IMG/VR virus record: IMGVR_UViG_3300008050_000022
Location: 32,001-96,000 of that record
Length of the DNA stretch: 64,000 bases
Source of the DNA: a virus
Direction: 5' to 3' (one strand)
How positions within the stretch are numbered: the first letter of the stretch is position 1; the number at the start of each line of letters is the position of its first letter. The notes beneath the pieces were generated by a model. The model did no database searches. It was not told where the DNA came from and saw only the letters and a program-made list of their open reading frames with translations. Made by a program: the position numbers and the translations under genes. Positions 1-9,556 of the stretch are shown here, piece after piece.

Positions 1-2659
1 CCGTGTCGGGACCTTCTGACCACCGGAAGTCTTCGGAGGCAGACTTCGTGAGGATCGCAGCGTAGGGATCTACTACGTGAGTGTCCCACTTCTGGCTGAT
101 GCCGTAGTGCTCATCGACCTGGGTGAGCGCATCCGCGAGGTAGTCCGGGTCGGCGGTCGGGATCTCCTCGGCCAGCTTGATCAGCACCTCACGACCGTAG
201 TCGTCCACGTACTTGGCTCGAGCGTTCAGGTGCAGCACAGCTTCCGTAGAGACAGCGTCACCGGCGTACTTCGCGAGGTTCTCGGAGGTCGGGTAGACCC
301 CGTGAGCCAGGGCGGCCTTGACCAGGTTGGTCGCGTACGTTCGTCGATCAGAGGGATGGAGCCTCTGCCAGTGCTCGTCGAAGAAAGCCTCTGCCTGCTT
401 GATCTGCTCCGGGTTCTCTACCGGGTAGTCTCCTCGTAGAAGGGTAGACGGGGCCGCGGTCTTCGGCCTGTTGAAGAGCTTCTGCTGCAACATGCCGCTA
501 CCTGCCCCTAGAGCGGTGGTGCCTGCCGCCACAGCGCCGAGTCGACCGCCCTTCATCTTGCCGAGCAGACCGGTGTGCTTGGCGATTCCCGCCGCGCCCA
601 GTCCTCCAGCCGCACCTGCTGCACCAGCTTCGCCAGGAGTCCATCCACGATAGCTGAGCAAGCTCCGCTTTCGACCTTGTGGAGCAGTGGTACTGGTGTT
701 GGTGCCTGTCAGAGAGAAACCAGCGGCAGTCTTCTGGTTCTCTCGAGCCTGCTCAGCCTTGCGCTGTCGGTGCATCACGTAGGCACCTCCTGCCGCCAGG
801 GCTCCGGCGGCCGCCAGGGCTCCGCCAGTCGCTCGTGGGGAGGAAGATCTCGGGATCGGTCGAGACTTCGGGGAGTCCAACCGGGCCTTGATCTTCGGGG
901 TCTTGAAGAAGAGCTTGGATCTCTTCCTGGGAGCAGGAGGGGAAGAGGGGGCGCGTCTATCCGCTCTCGCGACTCTATCTATGTGCCTCGAGTCCTTCGC
1001 TCCCCCTGGCCGCAAGTAGTCTGCCGTGGCCGACGGGTCCATCAGCCCCCGAAACTTGAGCTCCTGGCGAAGTCTACGACCCTTGGACTTGTCGATGTCC
1101 TTGTTGATGAGCCTGGCACCCTCGCGGACATGACGGTTTTCGGAATTTCTCGAGATGTCGAAGAAGGACTTCTCCGCATTCTCCAGTCCCTTGCGCCTCT
1201 CTCGAGCCTTGTCGGCTGCCCTGGCCTTGAGCTCCTTGCTCAAGGCTTCCTTCGTCTGGCCGGCTTCAAGCCGCTTGATCCTCTGAACCATGGCAGCTCT
1301 CTGAGAGTGATCGGTGCCGAGCTGGTAGCCCTGCCGACGCCCACTCCAGTAGCCCTTTTGGCTACCCGAGCCGAATCCTGCGGAGAAGCCTTCAGCCTTC
1401 CCCTTCTTCTTGCCCCGCTTGTGGCCCAGCACAGCTCCGCCCATAGCGGTAGCGGCGGCGATGCCAGCGGTGGTCTTGGCACCTGCCTGCTTCCTCATAT
1501 CCTTGTTGAGCGACAAGAGGGCCTGAGCCTTGTTGACTCCAGGCTGAAGACTGACGTGGCCTACCTGCTTGAACGTACTGGGGTTCTGGAGAGCCTGCAC
1601 CGCCTGAGACTTCGACAAGGCCCTACCACCTAGCTCGAAGAACTCATTCTTGTTGTGGTACTCCTTGACCAGGGATCTCGCACCTGCCGCAGACTCAGGC
1701 CTCTTGTTACCTTTGAGGGCAGTGGACCAGTTGTATCCCTCCATAGAAGCCGACGCCCGCTTTCTACGTCCCATCATGTAGCCAGTACCTGCGACCCCTG
1801 CCTGCTTCGGCCGACCGAGCATCCTCTTGGCGCCGTAGGCACCCGCACCTAGGGCAGCAGCACCTCCAGCAGTAGCTGCACCGGCAGCGGCAAGGTTCGT
1901 TCCTGGGGCGTACTTCGCGTTCCTGGAGACATTGCCAACTGCCTTGGCCCAGTTTTGAGGGGCGGTACGGGTGACGTCCCTCTTCGCCAGCAAGTTCTTA
2001 CTCCTCGCCACACCCCTGCCAGCCTCCTGTAGACCCGCTCCGCTGGCTCTAGCGAACTGCCCGGCTGCTCCGCCCATGGCCTTGGCACCAGCTGCCATCT
2101 GACCGCCCCAACCTGCTCCCCCTTGGCCCGCTGCCGTAGCGGCTTGCCGCCCTGCCTGATAGGAGCCCTTGGCGGCCCGTCCCAGCATCTTGAAGCCTTC
2201 TCCGGCGGCTCGGAAGAACGCCTTCTTCTCGGCGCTAAGATCGGTGATGTCCACCACCGGAGTATCTCCGAAGTAGACGAGCTCTCCCTCACCGTGGAGA
2301 GACTCGTTCAGGGCAGACGCCACCTTCTCGACGAGCTCCATCGGGGGAGGCGTACTCGTGCCCTCGAGGACGTGCATCAGATTCGTGCCCGCCAGGACAG
2401 CCGCCGTCTTCGGCATGCGGTCCCAGGAGCCGAGCAGACACATCGTGTTGAGCCAGGCGGTCCCAGGACTCATACAGGCGAACTTCCTGAACCTCTCACT
2501 GCCATCGACCATGATGAGGGCGAAGTCCTCGTCGGGGTAGTTGTCCAGCTCGTCTTCCGACGGGAAGTGGCTGCTCCCGACCTCATCGGGAACGCCGATG
2601 CCGGCCTCCTTGACGAGGCCAGGTCCGAAGTCGTGAAGATCCAGGTACGTACGGTGCAT
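1..2659 (-). CDS. Large putative head/internal virion polyprotein with K-x-A-delimited modules (3' end outside window)
   Basis: Manual translation: ATG at 2659 after an AAGGAG RBS; frame open for 886 codons to the window edge (MHRTYLDLHDFGPGLVKEAG...DFALIMVDGSERFRKFA...YPVENPEQIKQAEAFFDEHW...WDTHVVDPY...). Absent from the ORF track because no stop lies in the window. Confidence 0.85.
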   Translation of the reverse strand, partial: MHRTYLDLHDFGPGLVKEAGIGVPDEVGSSHFPSEDELDNYPDEDFALIMVDGSERFRKFACMSPGTAWLNTMCLLGSWDRMPKTAAVLAGTNLMHVLEGTSTPPPMELVEKVASALNESLHGEGELVYFGDTPVVDITDLSAEKKAFFRAAGEGFKMLGRAAKGSYQAGRQAATAAGQGGAGWGGQMAAGAKAMGGAAGQFARASGAGLQEAGRGVARSKNLLAKRDVTRTAPQNWAKAVGNVSRNAKYAPGTNLAAAGAATAGGAAALGAGAYGAKRMLGRPKQAGVAGTGYMMGRRKRASASMEGYNWSTALKGNKRPESAAGARSLVKEYHNKNEFFELGGRALSKSQAVQALQNPSTFKQVGHVSLQPGVNKAQALLSLNKDMRKQAGAKTTAGIAAATAMGGAVLGHKRGKKKGKAEGFSAGFGSGSQKGYWSGRRQGYQLGTDHSQRAAMVQRIKRLEAGQTKEALSKELKARAADKARERRKGLENAEKSFFDISRNSENRHVREGARLINKDIDKSKGRRLRQELKFRGLMDPSATADYLRPGGAKDSRHIDRVARADRRAPSSPPAPRKRSKLFFKTPKIKARLDSPKSRPIPRSSSPRATGGALAAAGALAAGGAYVMHRQRKAEQARENQKTAAGFSLTGTNTSTTAPQGRKRSLLSYRGWTPGEAGAAGAAGGLGAAGIAKHTGLLGKMKGGRLGAVAAGTTALGAGSGMLQQKLFNRPKTAAPSTLLRGDYPVENPEQIKQAEAFFDEHWQRLHPSDRRTYATNLVKAALAHGVYPTSENLAKYAGDAVSTEAVLHLNARAKYVDDYGREVLIKLAEEIPTADPDYLADALTQVDEHYGISQKWDTHVVDPYAAILTKSASEDFRWSEGPDT

Positions 2660-2681
2660 TTGAGCTCCTTGGGACGGCTCG

Positions 2682-2711
2682 ATGATGCCGCTAGGGCGGC
2701 AAGAACGTCAA
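2682..2711 (-). promoter_or_regulatory. sigma70-like promoter candidate TTGACG-N18-CATCAT for the 1-2659 gene
   Basis: Read on the minus strand about 22 nt upstream of the ATG; a similar element precedes the 43025-43414 gene. Confidence 0.45.
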
Positions 2712-2740
2712 TGCAAGAACCCGTAGCAGGTCGGCATAAG
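2712..2740 (+). promoter_or_regulatory. Phage promoter motif TGCAAG-N18-ATAAG
   Basis: tgcaagaacccgtagcaggtcggcataag, at the head of the replication operon; the same bipartite motif recurs at several sites. Confidence 0.7.
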
Positions 2741-2770
2741 ACAGGTAATGGAGATTACTTAGGAGGTTCC

Positions 2771-3154
2771 ATGTCCGACATTCCCCGACTACGTAGAGTA
2801 CCAACCTGTTTCGGAGATGCCGAGGCTTACGACCCTGATCACAAGGAGTGTAAAGCCTGCGACGTCAGAGTGCGCTGCAAAGTGCGAGTCCGAAACGCAT
2901 CAAAGTTGAAGAAAGGCAAATCGTCGTCATCCTCGAACTCCGTGGCCGTTAGATCACGGAACAAGGTGTCCAAGCACGATGATGACGATGCGGCTGAGTT
3001 CCGCACAGCAAAGACCCGTACCAAGGGCTGGTGGGGCGCACTGAGCCACAACGCGTTCATCAGGATGTCTTCTACATTCCTGAGAGAAGCCGCGTTCGGA
3101 GTAGAGCAGATCCCTCTCGAACCTTACTCGGACGAGGAGCTAGAAGATGACTGA
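2771..3154 (+). CDS. Hypothetical protein with N-terminal Cys cluster (Zn-binding)
   Basis: AGGAGG RBS and ATG at 2771 (the track start at 2123 is an upstream extension); C-x13-C-x2-C-x5-C. Confidence 0.75.
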   Translation: MSDIPRLRRVPTCFGDAEAYDPDHKECKACDVRVRCKVRVRNASKLKKGKSSSSSNSVAVRSRNKVSKHDDDDAAEFRTAKTRTKGWWGALSHNAFIRMSSTFLREAAFGVEQIPLEPYSDEELEDD

Positions 3155-3593
3155 TGTCGGAGCCATGATCCGCACGCACCGCAAGCGGATGTTCAAATAC
3201 CGCAGCGATGCAGCCAAGCTGATCATGATCGACAGGGGCGGAGGAATCCGTACCCACATGAGTAGAGAAGGTCTCCGCAAGCTGGAGGAGAACCTCAACC
3301 TTCCCAGCGCAGAAGTCCTCAACGAGATCATCTCCAAGTGGGGGCTGGACTTGGCAGAGGCGGAGAATCTGAGGAGAGCAGTTCACGTACAACACCAGCG
3401 TCGGGCTGGATACGAGGAACCGACCACAATCAACCCGTTGGGGAACGACATCGAATCCCTGATCAACACGACCATAGGAGCCATCGTGCGAGACGTATCA
3501 GTAGTGCTCGAGAGTAGGGGGGTGGACGTCAAGGAGATCTCGCAAGACCTGTTCGAGATCGTAGAAGTCCACATCAAGTCCAGCTTCAGATGA
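3147..3593 (+). CDS. XRE-like helix-turn-helix DNA-binding protein
   Basis: G-x-x-I-R-x-x-R...SREGLRKLEENLNLPSAEVLNEI pattern typical of Cro/C1 HTH; coupled to its neighbours. Confidence 0.55.
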   Translation: MTDVGAMIRTHRKRMFKYRSDAAKLIMIDRGGGIRTHMSREGLRKLEENLNLPSAEVLNEIISKWGLDLAEAENLRRAVHVQHQRRAGYEEPTTINPLGNDIESLINTTIGAIVRDVSVVLESRGVDVKEISQDLFEIVEVHIKSSFR

Positions 3594-4930
3594 GCGACGA
3601 CGTACTGCAGTTCTGTCGTAGAGACCCGGGAGTCGCCTACCTGGACGCCGACCTCTGGTTGCCTCTCTCAGAGGTGCCAGTACGTGGAATCCAGCAGCGG
3701 CTCACCTTCACCATGTTCAGTGGGAGAAAGAGAGACATCCCCACCGACATCGAGATCTTCTCGATGGCGAAGCATCACATTCAGGTTCCTCGAAACCTGT
3801 TCACCCTCAAGTACGTAAGGCATGCGTACGGCATCGAGATCGTAGATCTCCGGCCTTCCTCTTACCCCCCCACAACAATCCTCCACTCCATCATCCCCAG
3901 AGACAACCAGACCGAGCCCCTGCGACTCATGGAGGAGCTGGGGGATGGGACGTTGAATCTAGCTTGCGGACTGGGGAAGACGGTGGTGGCGCTCTACCAC
4001 GCCGTGAGGCTAGGCGTCCCGACCCTGGTGATCTGCAACAACACGACCATCCTCGCCGGGTGGGAGAGGGAGATCATTGGAAAGCTGGACTTCGAGGGGA
4101 AAGTCGGCTGGGTCAAGCAGAACAAGTTCCCCGAGGACACTCCGATCTGCTTGGCCACGGTGCAGACCCTGGCGAGTAAGGCGGACGTGCTTCCCAGATC
4201 GTTCCTACGCCGGTGGGGCCTCGTCATCTTCGACGAGGGGCACCACATGTCGGCGAACTGGTTCTGCACGGTGGCCAACCTCTTCCCGGGGAAGCGGCTA
4301 GCCTTGACGGCTACCACGACCCGCAATGATGGGCTGGAAAAGGTCTACCAGTATCACCTGGGGAAGGTCTTCTACTCGGACCTGAGCCAGGATCTAGAGC
4401 CTGAGATCGAGTTCGTACACCTGCATGGACTCCGTCCAGCTAGGGAGTACTCGGAAGACGTGGCTCTGAAGAACTGGATCGCCAGGAACGCAGAGTTCAA
4501 CCAGGTCATCACTGAGGAAGTGAGGACGCTGCTTCAGGAAGGGCGGAGCATCCTCGCCCTGTCTCACCGGGTAGAGCAACTCGAGCTACTCCATCCGACG
4601 TTGCCTGGAAGCGGGCTGATTCACGGAGTGATCAAGGACTCCGCCAGGGAAGAAGCCTTGAGCGAAGCAAACCCCATTCTGGCGACCATGCAATTGGCGC
4701 AGGAAGGACTGGATAAGCCCTCACTGGACACCCTGCTCTGCCTGACGTTGTTCTCGAACGAGAATGCCTTCCAGCAGTGCGTGGGTAGAATTTTGAGGAC
4801 TTACGAGGACAAGAAACACCCACGAGCTCTGTTCTTCGTGCCGGATGTTCGTCGCTGCCAGAAGCAGGCTGCGAGGATCCGTCGGTTCGCGAAGATGCGG
4901 GGCTACAAGATCAAGGAGACGAGAAGATGA
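3590..4930 (+). CDS. Superfamily 2 DNA helicase (UvsW/XPB-like)
   Basis: Motif I CGLGKT, II DEGHH, III TAT, V EGLD, VI QCVGRILR. Confidence 0.92.
   Translation: MSDDVLQFCRRDPGVAYLDADLWLPLSEVPVRGIQQRLTFTMFSGRKRDIPTDIEIFSMAKHHIQVPRNLFTLKYVRHAYGIEIVDLRPSSYPPTTILHSIIPRDNQTEPLRLMEELGDGTLNLACGLGKTVVALYHAVRLGVPTLVICNNTTILAGWEREIIGKLDFEGKVGWVKQNKFPEDTPICLATVQTLASKADVLPRSFLRRWGLVIFDEGHHMSANWFCTVANLFPGKRLALTATTTRNDGLEKVYQYHLGKVFYSDLSQDLEPEIEFVHLHGLRPAREYSEDVALKNWIARNAEFNQVITEEVRTLLQEGRSILALSHRVEQLELLHPTLPGSGLIHGVIKDSAREEALSEANPILATMQLAQEGLDKPSLDTLLCLTLFSNENAFQQCVGRILRTYEDKKHPRALFFVPDVRRCQKQAARIRRFAKMRGYKIKETRR
4689..4717 (+). promoter_or_regulatory. Internal phage promoter motif TGCAAT-N18-ATAAG
   Basis: Same spacing as the other copies; inside the helicase 3' end, upstream of the 4927 gene. 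Confidence 0.45.
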
Positions 4931-5322
4931 GCAAGCGAGAATCAAAGCAGGCGATCGTTGCTAGTGGGGGCTCCCACTACATCGGCGAGATCTGGAAGGG
5001 GTCTACCCCGACGGAAATCCGCGACGCCACCCCCATCTTTGGGGGTCATGTGTCTACCCAGGATGGCCGTGTGGCGTTGCAGGTGATGACCCCTCCCTAC
5101 GGGTGTGCCGAAGGGGTCATCAAGACCCTGCACCTGGGCTCCGTGGACAACTGGGTCTTCGTAGAGGAGTTGAGCACTTACGATCAGCAGACCGTCAAGG
5201 ACTTCCTGGAGAGGAGGGCTGTGGCCGACGATGCTCGTAGGGCATCCGAGGCAGGACTCGTGCTTCCCAGAGACATGTCTCCGGAAGACATGTCCAAGGT
5301 AGTCCGTGGGGCTCGTGGGTGA
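4927..5322 (+). CDS. Hypothetical protein
   Basis: ATGA/GTGA coupling with both neighbours, AGGAG RBS, coding-like codon use. Confidence 0.75.
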   Translation: MSKRESKQAIVASGGSHYIGEIWKGSTPTEIRDATPIFGGHVSTQDGRVALQVMTPPYGCAEGVIKTLHLGSVDNWVFVEELSTYDQQTVKDFLERRAVADDARRASEAGLVLPRDMSPEDMSKVVRGARG

Positions 5323-6065
5323 AGTCCCTCGAGGTTCTGTACGAGACCTACGTCGAGGGTGAGTGCGATCTGTGTCCCAGACTAGTTGAGAGTCGGAGCT
5401 CCATCGTGTTCGGCGAGGGAGACACCGACGCTGACCTGGTGATCGTGGGAGAGGGTCCTGGAAGGATTGAGGATGAGATCTGTCGTACCTTTGCGGGTTC
5501 GGCAGGTCTCCTGCTCGACACCTTCCTGACCTACTTCGCAAGAGCCGATGAAGAATGGCTTCACGGCATGGGACGCAGGATGACCTCGGGCTACAAGCCC
5601 TCCGATGCAGAGTCAGACGAGATCAGGGACGCACTAGTGGCGTCCGAGAAGATCTTCTACCTCAATGCCGTCATGTGCCGGCCTCCCGAGAACGTGGATC
5701 CCACGGCAGCGGAGCTCCGAAACTGCGAAGAGCGGCTTCATCAGACGATCTACAACATCGATCCGCTTCTAGTCCTGGCTGTGGGCAAGGTCGCCTCCAA
5801 GGCGGTCCTTGGAAAGCAGCTTTCCATCACCAAGGACAGGGGACAGCTCTTCGACGTTGAAATCATGGGAGTGACCGGAGGCATCAGATACCCCCTACTG
5901 GTTACGCTCCATCCCGCCTACGTGGCGAGGGTGGGGAATTACACCAGTCCAACCAGTCCGGGCCAGAAGTTCGCTCAGGACATCGAGAAGGCGTTCGGCC
6001 TCCTGGACGAAGCCCGGCTTCTAACCAGGGATGAGCCCCTTCCCAAGAGGAGAAAATGGAAATGA
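5319..6065 (+). CDS. Uracil-DNA glycosylase, family 4 (Fe-S type)
   Basis: CxxC...VFGEG...IVGEGPG..ED, CRPPEN..P...E..NC and C-terminal HPA motif; roughly 40-aa insertion. Confidence 0.9.
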   Translation: MKSLEVLYETYVEGECDLCPRLVESRSSIVFGEGDTDADLVIVGEGPGRIEDEICRTFAGSAGLLLDTFLTYFARADEEWLHGMGRRMTSGYKPSDAESDEIRDALVASEKIFYLNAVMCRPPENVDPTAAELRNCEERLHQTIYNIDPLLVLAVGKVASKAVLGKQLSITKDRGQLFDVEIMGVTGGIRYPLLVTLHPAYVARVGNYTSPTSPGQKFAQDIEKAFGLLDEARLLTRDEPLPKRRKWK

Positions 6066-6523
6066 GTGATGATCTAGGTCGAGTAGCGGAGTCGGCAATC
6101 GAGGCCTTTGAAGAGGCCGATGAGGACCTGAGAGAGATCTCCGCAGAGGTACGAGAATGCCTGGGGGAGGATCTGTGGAACGCCTGGATGGAGTCCATCG
6201 ATCTGCGTCGGAGGCGCTGCAAGGATGCCCAGATGGCTGTGCGAGCAGCTGGGGACTCCATGGGGCCCTTCACCGTGACGAAGAGAGGGAAGAACGTCTG
6301 GGACAACAGCCGAGCTGTTCAGCTCTCGAGCGACCGAGACGAGTGGGATGACCTCGTAGAAGGCGGCGTCATCAAGCAGTCCTTCGACCACAAGCGTGCC
6401 CAGGCTGTGCTCGATCCCGCCGTCTTCGCTATCTACAAGGACCGCTGCCACAAGTACGAGGCGGGAGCCAGCACGGCTGTCAGCGGCCCGAAGGTCGATG
6501 ACGATGTCTTCTCCCTCCTCTAG
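6062..6523 (+). CDS. Hypothetical protein
   Basis: ATGA overlap with the UDG stop; GAGGAG RBS. Confidence 0.75.
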   Translation: MSDDLGRVAESAIEAFEEADEDLREISAEVRECLGEDLWNAWMESIDLRRRRCKDAQMAVRAAGDSMGPFTVTKRGKNVWDNSRAVQLSSDRDEWDDLVEGGVIKQSFDHKRAQAVLDPAVFAIYKDRCHKYEAGASTAVSGPKVDDDVFSLL

Positions 6524-6629
6524 CTACAGGTCTCCGTTAGTCAAAATCCAACTACGTCGTTGGGCTGTCGAGAAGGGTCTAGACCCTATCGAACAGGTCA
6601 GTGATGATGTTCAACCCTCGAGGAGCCAA

Positions 6630-6872
6630 ATGGACACTGCGAAGAAATTGCTGGGGGCCGGAGATGCCCGAGTCAGCGCTGGGGTCGACCTGGCGCTGAA
6701 GGACTTCGGGGACGGGTACGGAGTACACGTCTCGGTGAGTCTGAGCTGCGACCAGAAGGACAAGGTGCTGGAAGATGCGATGGAACTGGCCAAGGAGATT
6801 GCTCATGGCACAGCGGAGATCCACCTGGAGGAGGCAGCAGCCCTCTTCGAGCACATGACGGCCAAGAAGTAG
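6630..6872 (+). CDS. Hypothetical protein (80 aa)
   Basis: GAGGAG RBS before ATG 6630 (MDTAKKLLG...). Confidence 0.7.
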   Translation: MDTAKKLLGAGDARVSAGVDLALKDFGDGYGVHVSVSLSCDQKDKVLEDAMELAKEIAHGTAEIHLEEAAALFEHMTAKK

Positions 6873-7118
6873 ATGCCAATCTCGGTACAGGATCATGAGC
6901 TGTTCACCTCAGAGCTCCTGAACTTGACCGTTGACCGGACTCCGGGCGCTGATTTCTTCTCTCTAGAGATCAGCGTCCGGATCGTCAACAAATCCACCGG
7001 AGCCTCGGCGGTCATGAAACTTGTGGATCTCCCGACGGAGATCCAGGAGGATCTACGACTAGTGCTGGCAGGGATAGAACTCCACAGCGGATCGAGGTTC
7101 TTCGGTGATATCCAATAA
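6873..7118 (+). CDS. Hypothetical protein
   Basis: Abuts the previous stop and fills the operon gap. Confidence 0.65.
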   Translation: MPISVQDHELFTSELLNLTVDRTPGADFFSLEISVRIVNKSTGASAVMKLVDLPTEIQEDLRLVLAGIELHSGSRFFGDIQ

Positions 7119-7130
7119 CAGGAGGAGTAG

Positions 7131-8573
7131 ATGGGGCTGGAAGCCACGCTGATCAGTAACGTGCTCAAGCGGCACGAGTTCAAACCGCTGGTCAAGGCGG
7201 GTTTGACAGAGGAAGATTTCGAGACCCTCGAGGGCAAGGACTGGTTCCGGCATATCTCGAGGATCTACTTCTCTAGAACTACGTACGGGGAGGTTCCCTC
7301 CCTGGAGTCGTTCAAGAGGAAGTTCCGCAGTTTCGACTTCAGGCCGTCCAAGGACTCCTTGACCTCGCTGTGTCAGGAAATCATCAACCGCAACATGTCC
7401 AACGACGCCTCGCTTCTCTGCGAAGAGATGCTGGATGACCTGGACGCAGACGACCTCGACGACGCCATGTCCAAGGTAGCCGCCTTCCTGACCAGGTGGC
7501 AGACCCGGAAGGCGGAGGGCGGGGACATCGATCTATCTCAGAGCGTCAAGATGCTCCGGGAGCAATACGAGCGGGTAGCCAGTGCTGAAGGGATGCTCGG
7601 CATCCCTTGGCCTTGGGAGCCTGTGAACAGAGAGACCTTGGGGATGCAGTCCGGGCAGCTGGTCCTGCTGTATGGCAGACCGAAGCACATGAAGACGTGG
7701 GTGGCCCTGTACATCGCCATCAACGCCTATCTGTATCACCACGCGAGAGTCCTCTTCTACAGCCGAGAGATGAACAAGATGCAGCTTCTGCTGCGAGGTA
7801 CGTCGATCATCTGTGAGGTGGACTACGGGACGCTGAAACGGGGGGAGCTGCCTCCCTCCGTCAAGAAGGACGTCTTCGCCACCATGGAAGACCTGGCGGA
7901 GTCAGACGGTGACTTGAAGCGGGCAGACGGGCGCCGTAGCGCCTTCATCATCAGCAACGACCGGGGGCCCAACCACGGAGCCACCGTGCGAATGCTGGTG
8001 GAGAAAGCCAAGGAGGTGGATGCAGATCTGCTGGTAGTGGATGCGGTCTACAAGCTGGCTGACGGGAGAACGAAGAACAGGGACGCCAAGTGGACTACTC
8101 AGGTCAACATCATGCAGGACCTCAAGGATGCTGCTGTGGACCTGGAGATTCCGGTGATCGCTGTGACTCAGGCCAACCGGAAGGCAGCGAAGAGCGCGAA
8201 GAACGTGGACACGGATGAAGCAGCGTTCACGGACTCGGCCGGCATGGAGTGCGACTTCATGCTCAGGGTGATCAAGAGCAAGGACGCCGACACCGGTAAG
8301 TCCGAGCTCACCTTGTGCTGGCCTGCTGCTCGAGATGAGGAGCTTTACCCCATGCTGATCCACGGACAGCCAGGGAACAACTTCTCGGTCAAGCAGGAGC
8401 GTCTGACAGACGAGGACCTGGAGGACAGGGCCAAGGCAGCTGACGCTCAAGACGAGGAAGAGAACAAGAAGAACAAGCGGTCCTCTAGGGCCGGCCCTGG
8501 TAGGCGATCTGGTGGGGGCCGTGGAGCTCTCGCACAGGCAAGGACGGGGGCGAAGAGAAAGAAGAGTAAGTGA
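7131..8573 (+). CDS. dnaB: DnaB-like replicative DNA helicase
   Basis: AGGAGG RBS; Walker A GRPKHMKT, YSREM, Walker B LVVDAVY, TQANR motif. Confidence 0.88.
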   Translation: MGLEATLISNVLKRHEFKPLVKAGLTEEDFETLEGKDWFRHISRIYFSRTTYGEVPSLESFKRKFRSFDFRPSKDSLTSLCQEIINRNMSNDASLLCEEMLDDLDADDLDDAMSKVAAFLTRWQTRKAEGGDIDLSQSVKMLREQYERVASAEGMLGIPWPWEPVNRETLGMQSGQLVLLYGRPKHMKTWVALYIAINAYLYHHARVLFYSREMNKMQLLLRGTSIICEVDYGTLKRGELPPSVKKDVFATMEDLAESDGDLKRADGRRSAFIISNDRGPNHGATVRMLVEKAKEVDADLLVVDAVYKLADGRTKNRDAKWTTQVNIMQDLKDAAVDLEIPVIAVTQANRKAAKSAKNVDTDEAAFTDSAGMECDFMLRVIKSKDADTGKSELTLCWPAARDEELYPMLIHGQPGNNFSVKQERLTDEDLEDRAKAADAQDEEENKKNKRSSRAGPGRRSGGGRGALAQARTGAKRKKSK

Positions 8574-9556
8574 ATGTAGCGACCTTCGTTCAGCAGGTCG
8601 TAGATAAGCACATAGACGGCGCGAGGTTGGTGGGGGATGGGGAGTTCGCAGCTCCCTGTCCATTCCACCAAGACTCGTCGCCGTCTTTCTTCATCAACCG
8701 AAAGACCGGTCTCTGGATCTGCCACGCAGGGTGCGGCAGCGGGTCCTTGCCGTACTTGCTTCGCAAGCTCGGGTACGGACGAGGTCAGGTTGATAAGGCC
8801 CTAGCTCCCATAGCCGACGATCTGAAGTCGAAGAAGGAGGCGAGGCCACGTCTACGATCCCCCCTCAACCCGTTCATAGCCGCACACCCACTGCCCGAGG
8901 CACACCTCGGAGCCTACGACGTCAAGCAGCCTGTAGAGGAGTTGGTCAGGAAGGGGTTCGACCCCACGATCCTGACTGACTACGACGTAGGTTTCGACCG
9001 AGTCAACAAACGCATCACGTTCCCGGTGCGTGATCTGTACGGGAATCTATCTGGCATAAGTGGCAGGGCCACACTTCGTGGTCAGAAACCCAAATACAAG
9101 TTCTACGCATCCGAACTAGAGGAGGTCTATCCGGGCTACACGTTTGAGCGTCAGAGGCATCTTTGGAATGCCGATCGAATCTACCCCACCTTGTACTTTG
9201 CAGACGCGCCAGAAGAAGAAGAAATCCTTGTAGTAGAGGGATTCAAAGCGTGTCTGTGGCTGCTACAATGTGGCTTCAGTAATGCGGTGGCGACATTGGG
9301 ATCCTCCCTGTCGCGCACCCAGGCAGCGCTACTCCACAGGATGGGCTGCCGCATAACCCTGTTCATGGACAACGACCGTCCTGGTCGTGAGAAGACTCAA
9401 CACGCATTGAAGCAACTCTGGGGTGCGATCTCCGACATACGGGAGGTTGAATACCCGTACGACGCCTTCGCGCAACCAGACGACTTCGATGAAGAAGAGC
9501 TCCAAGAACTGATCGAAAATGCCGTGCCAATCATTCCACGGCGCAGGAGAGACTAG
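8570..9556 (+). CDS. dnaG: DNA primase (CHC2 Zn finger + TOPRIM)
   Basis: CPFHQDSSPSF...CHAGCG zinc finger; RITFPVRD, KYK, VVEG and MDND TOPRIM motifs. Confidence 0.9.
   Translation: MNVATFVQQVVDKHIDGARLVGDGEFAAPCPFHQDSSPSFFINRKTGLWICHAGCGSGSLPYLLRKLGYGRGQVDKALAPIADDLKSKKEARPRLRSPLNPFIAAHPLPEAHLGAYDVKQPVEELVRKGFDPTILTDYDVGFDRVNKRITFPVRDLYGNLSGISGRATLRGQKPKYKFYASELEEVYPGYTFERQRHLWNADRIYPTLYFADAPEEEEILVVEGFKACLWLLQCGFSNAVATLGSSLSRTQAALLHRMGCRITLFMDNDRPGREKTQHALKQLWGAISDIREVEYPYDAFAQPDDFDEEELQELIENAVPIIPRRRRD

Noticed and set aside
77-2770. Plus-strand ORFs 77-439, 575-1633 and the upstream part of 2123-3154
   Set aside because: Antisense shadows of the long minus-strand gene; no RBS and no protein-like motifs.
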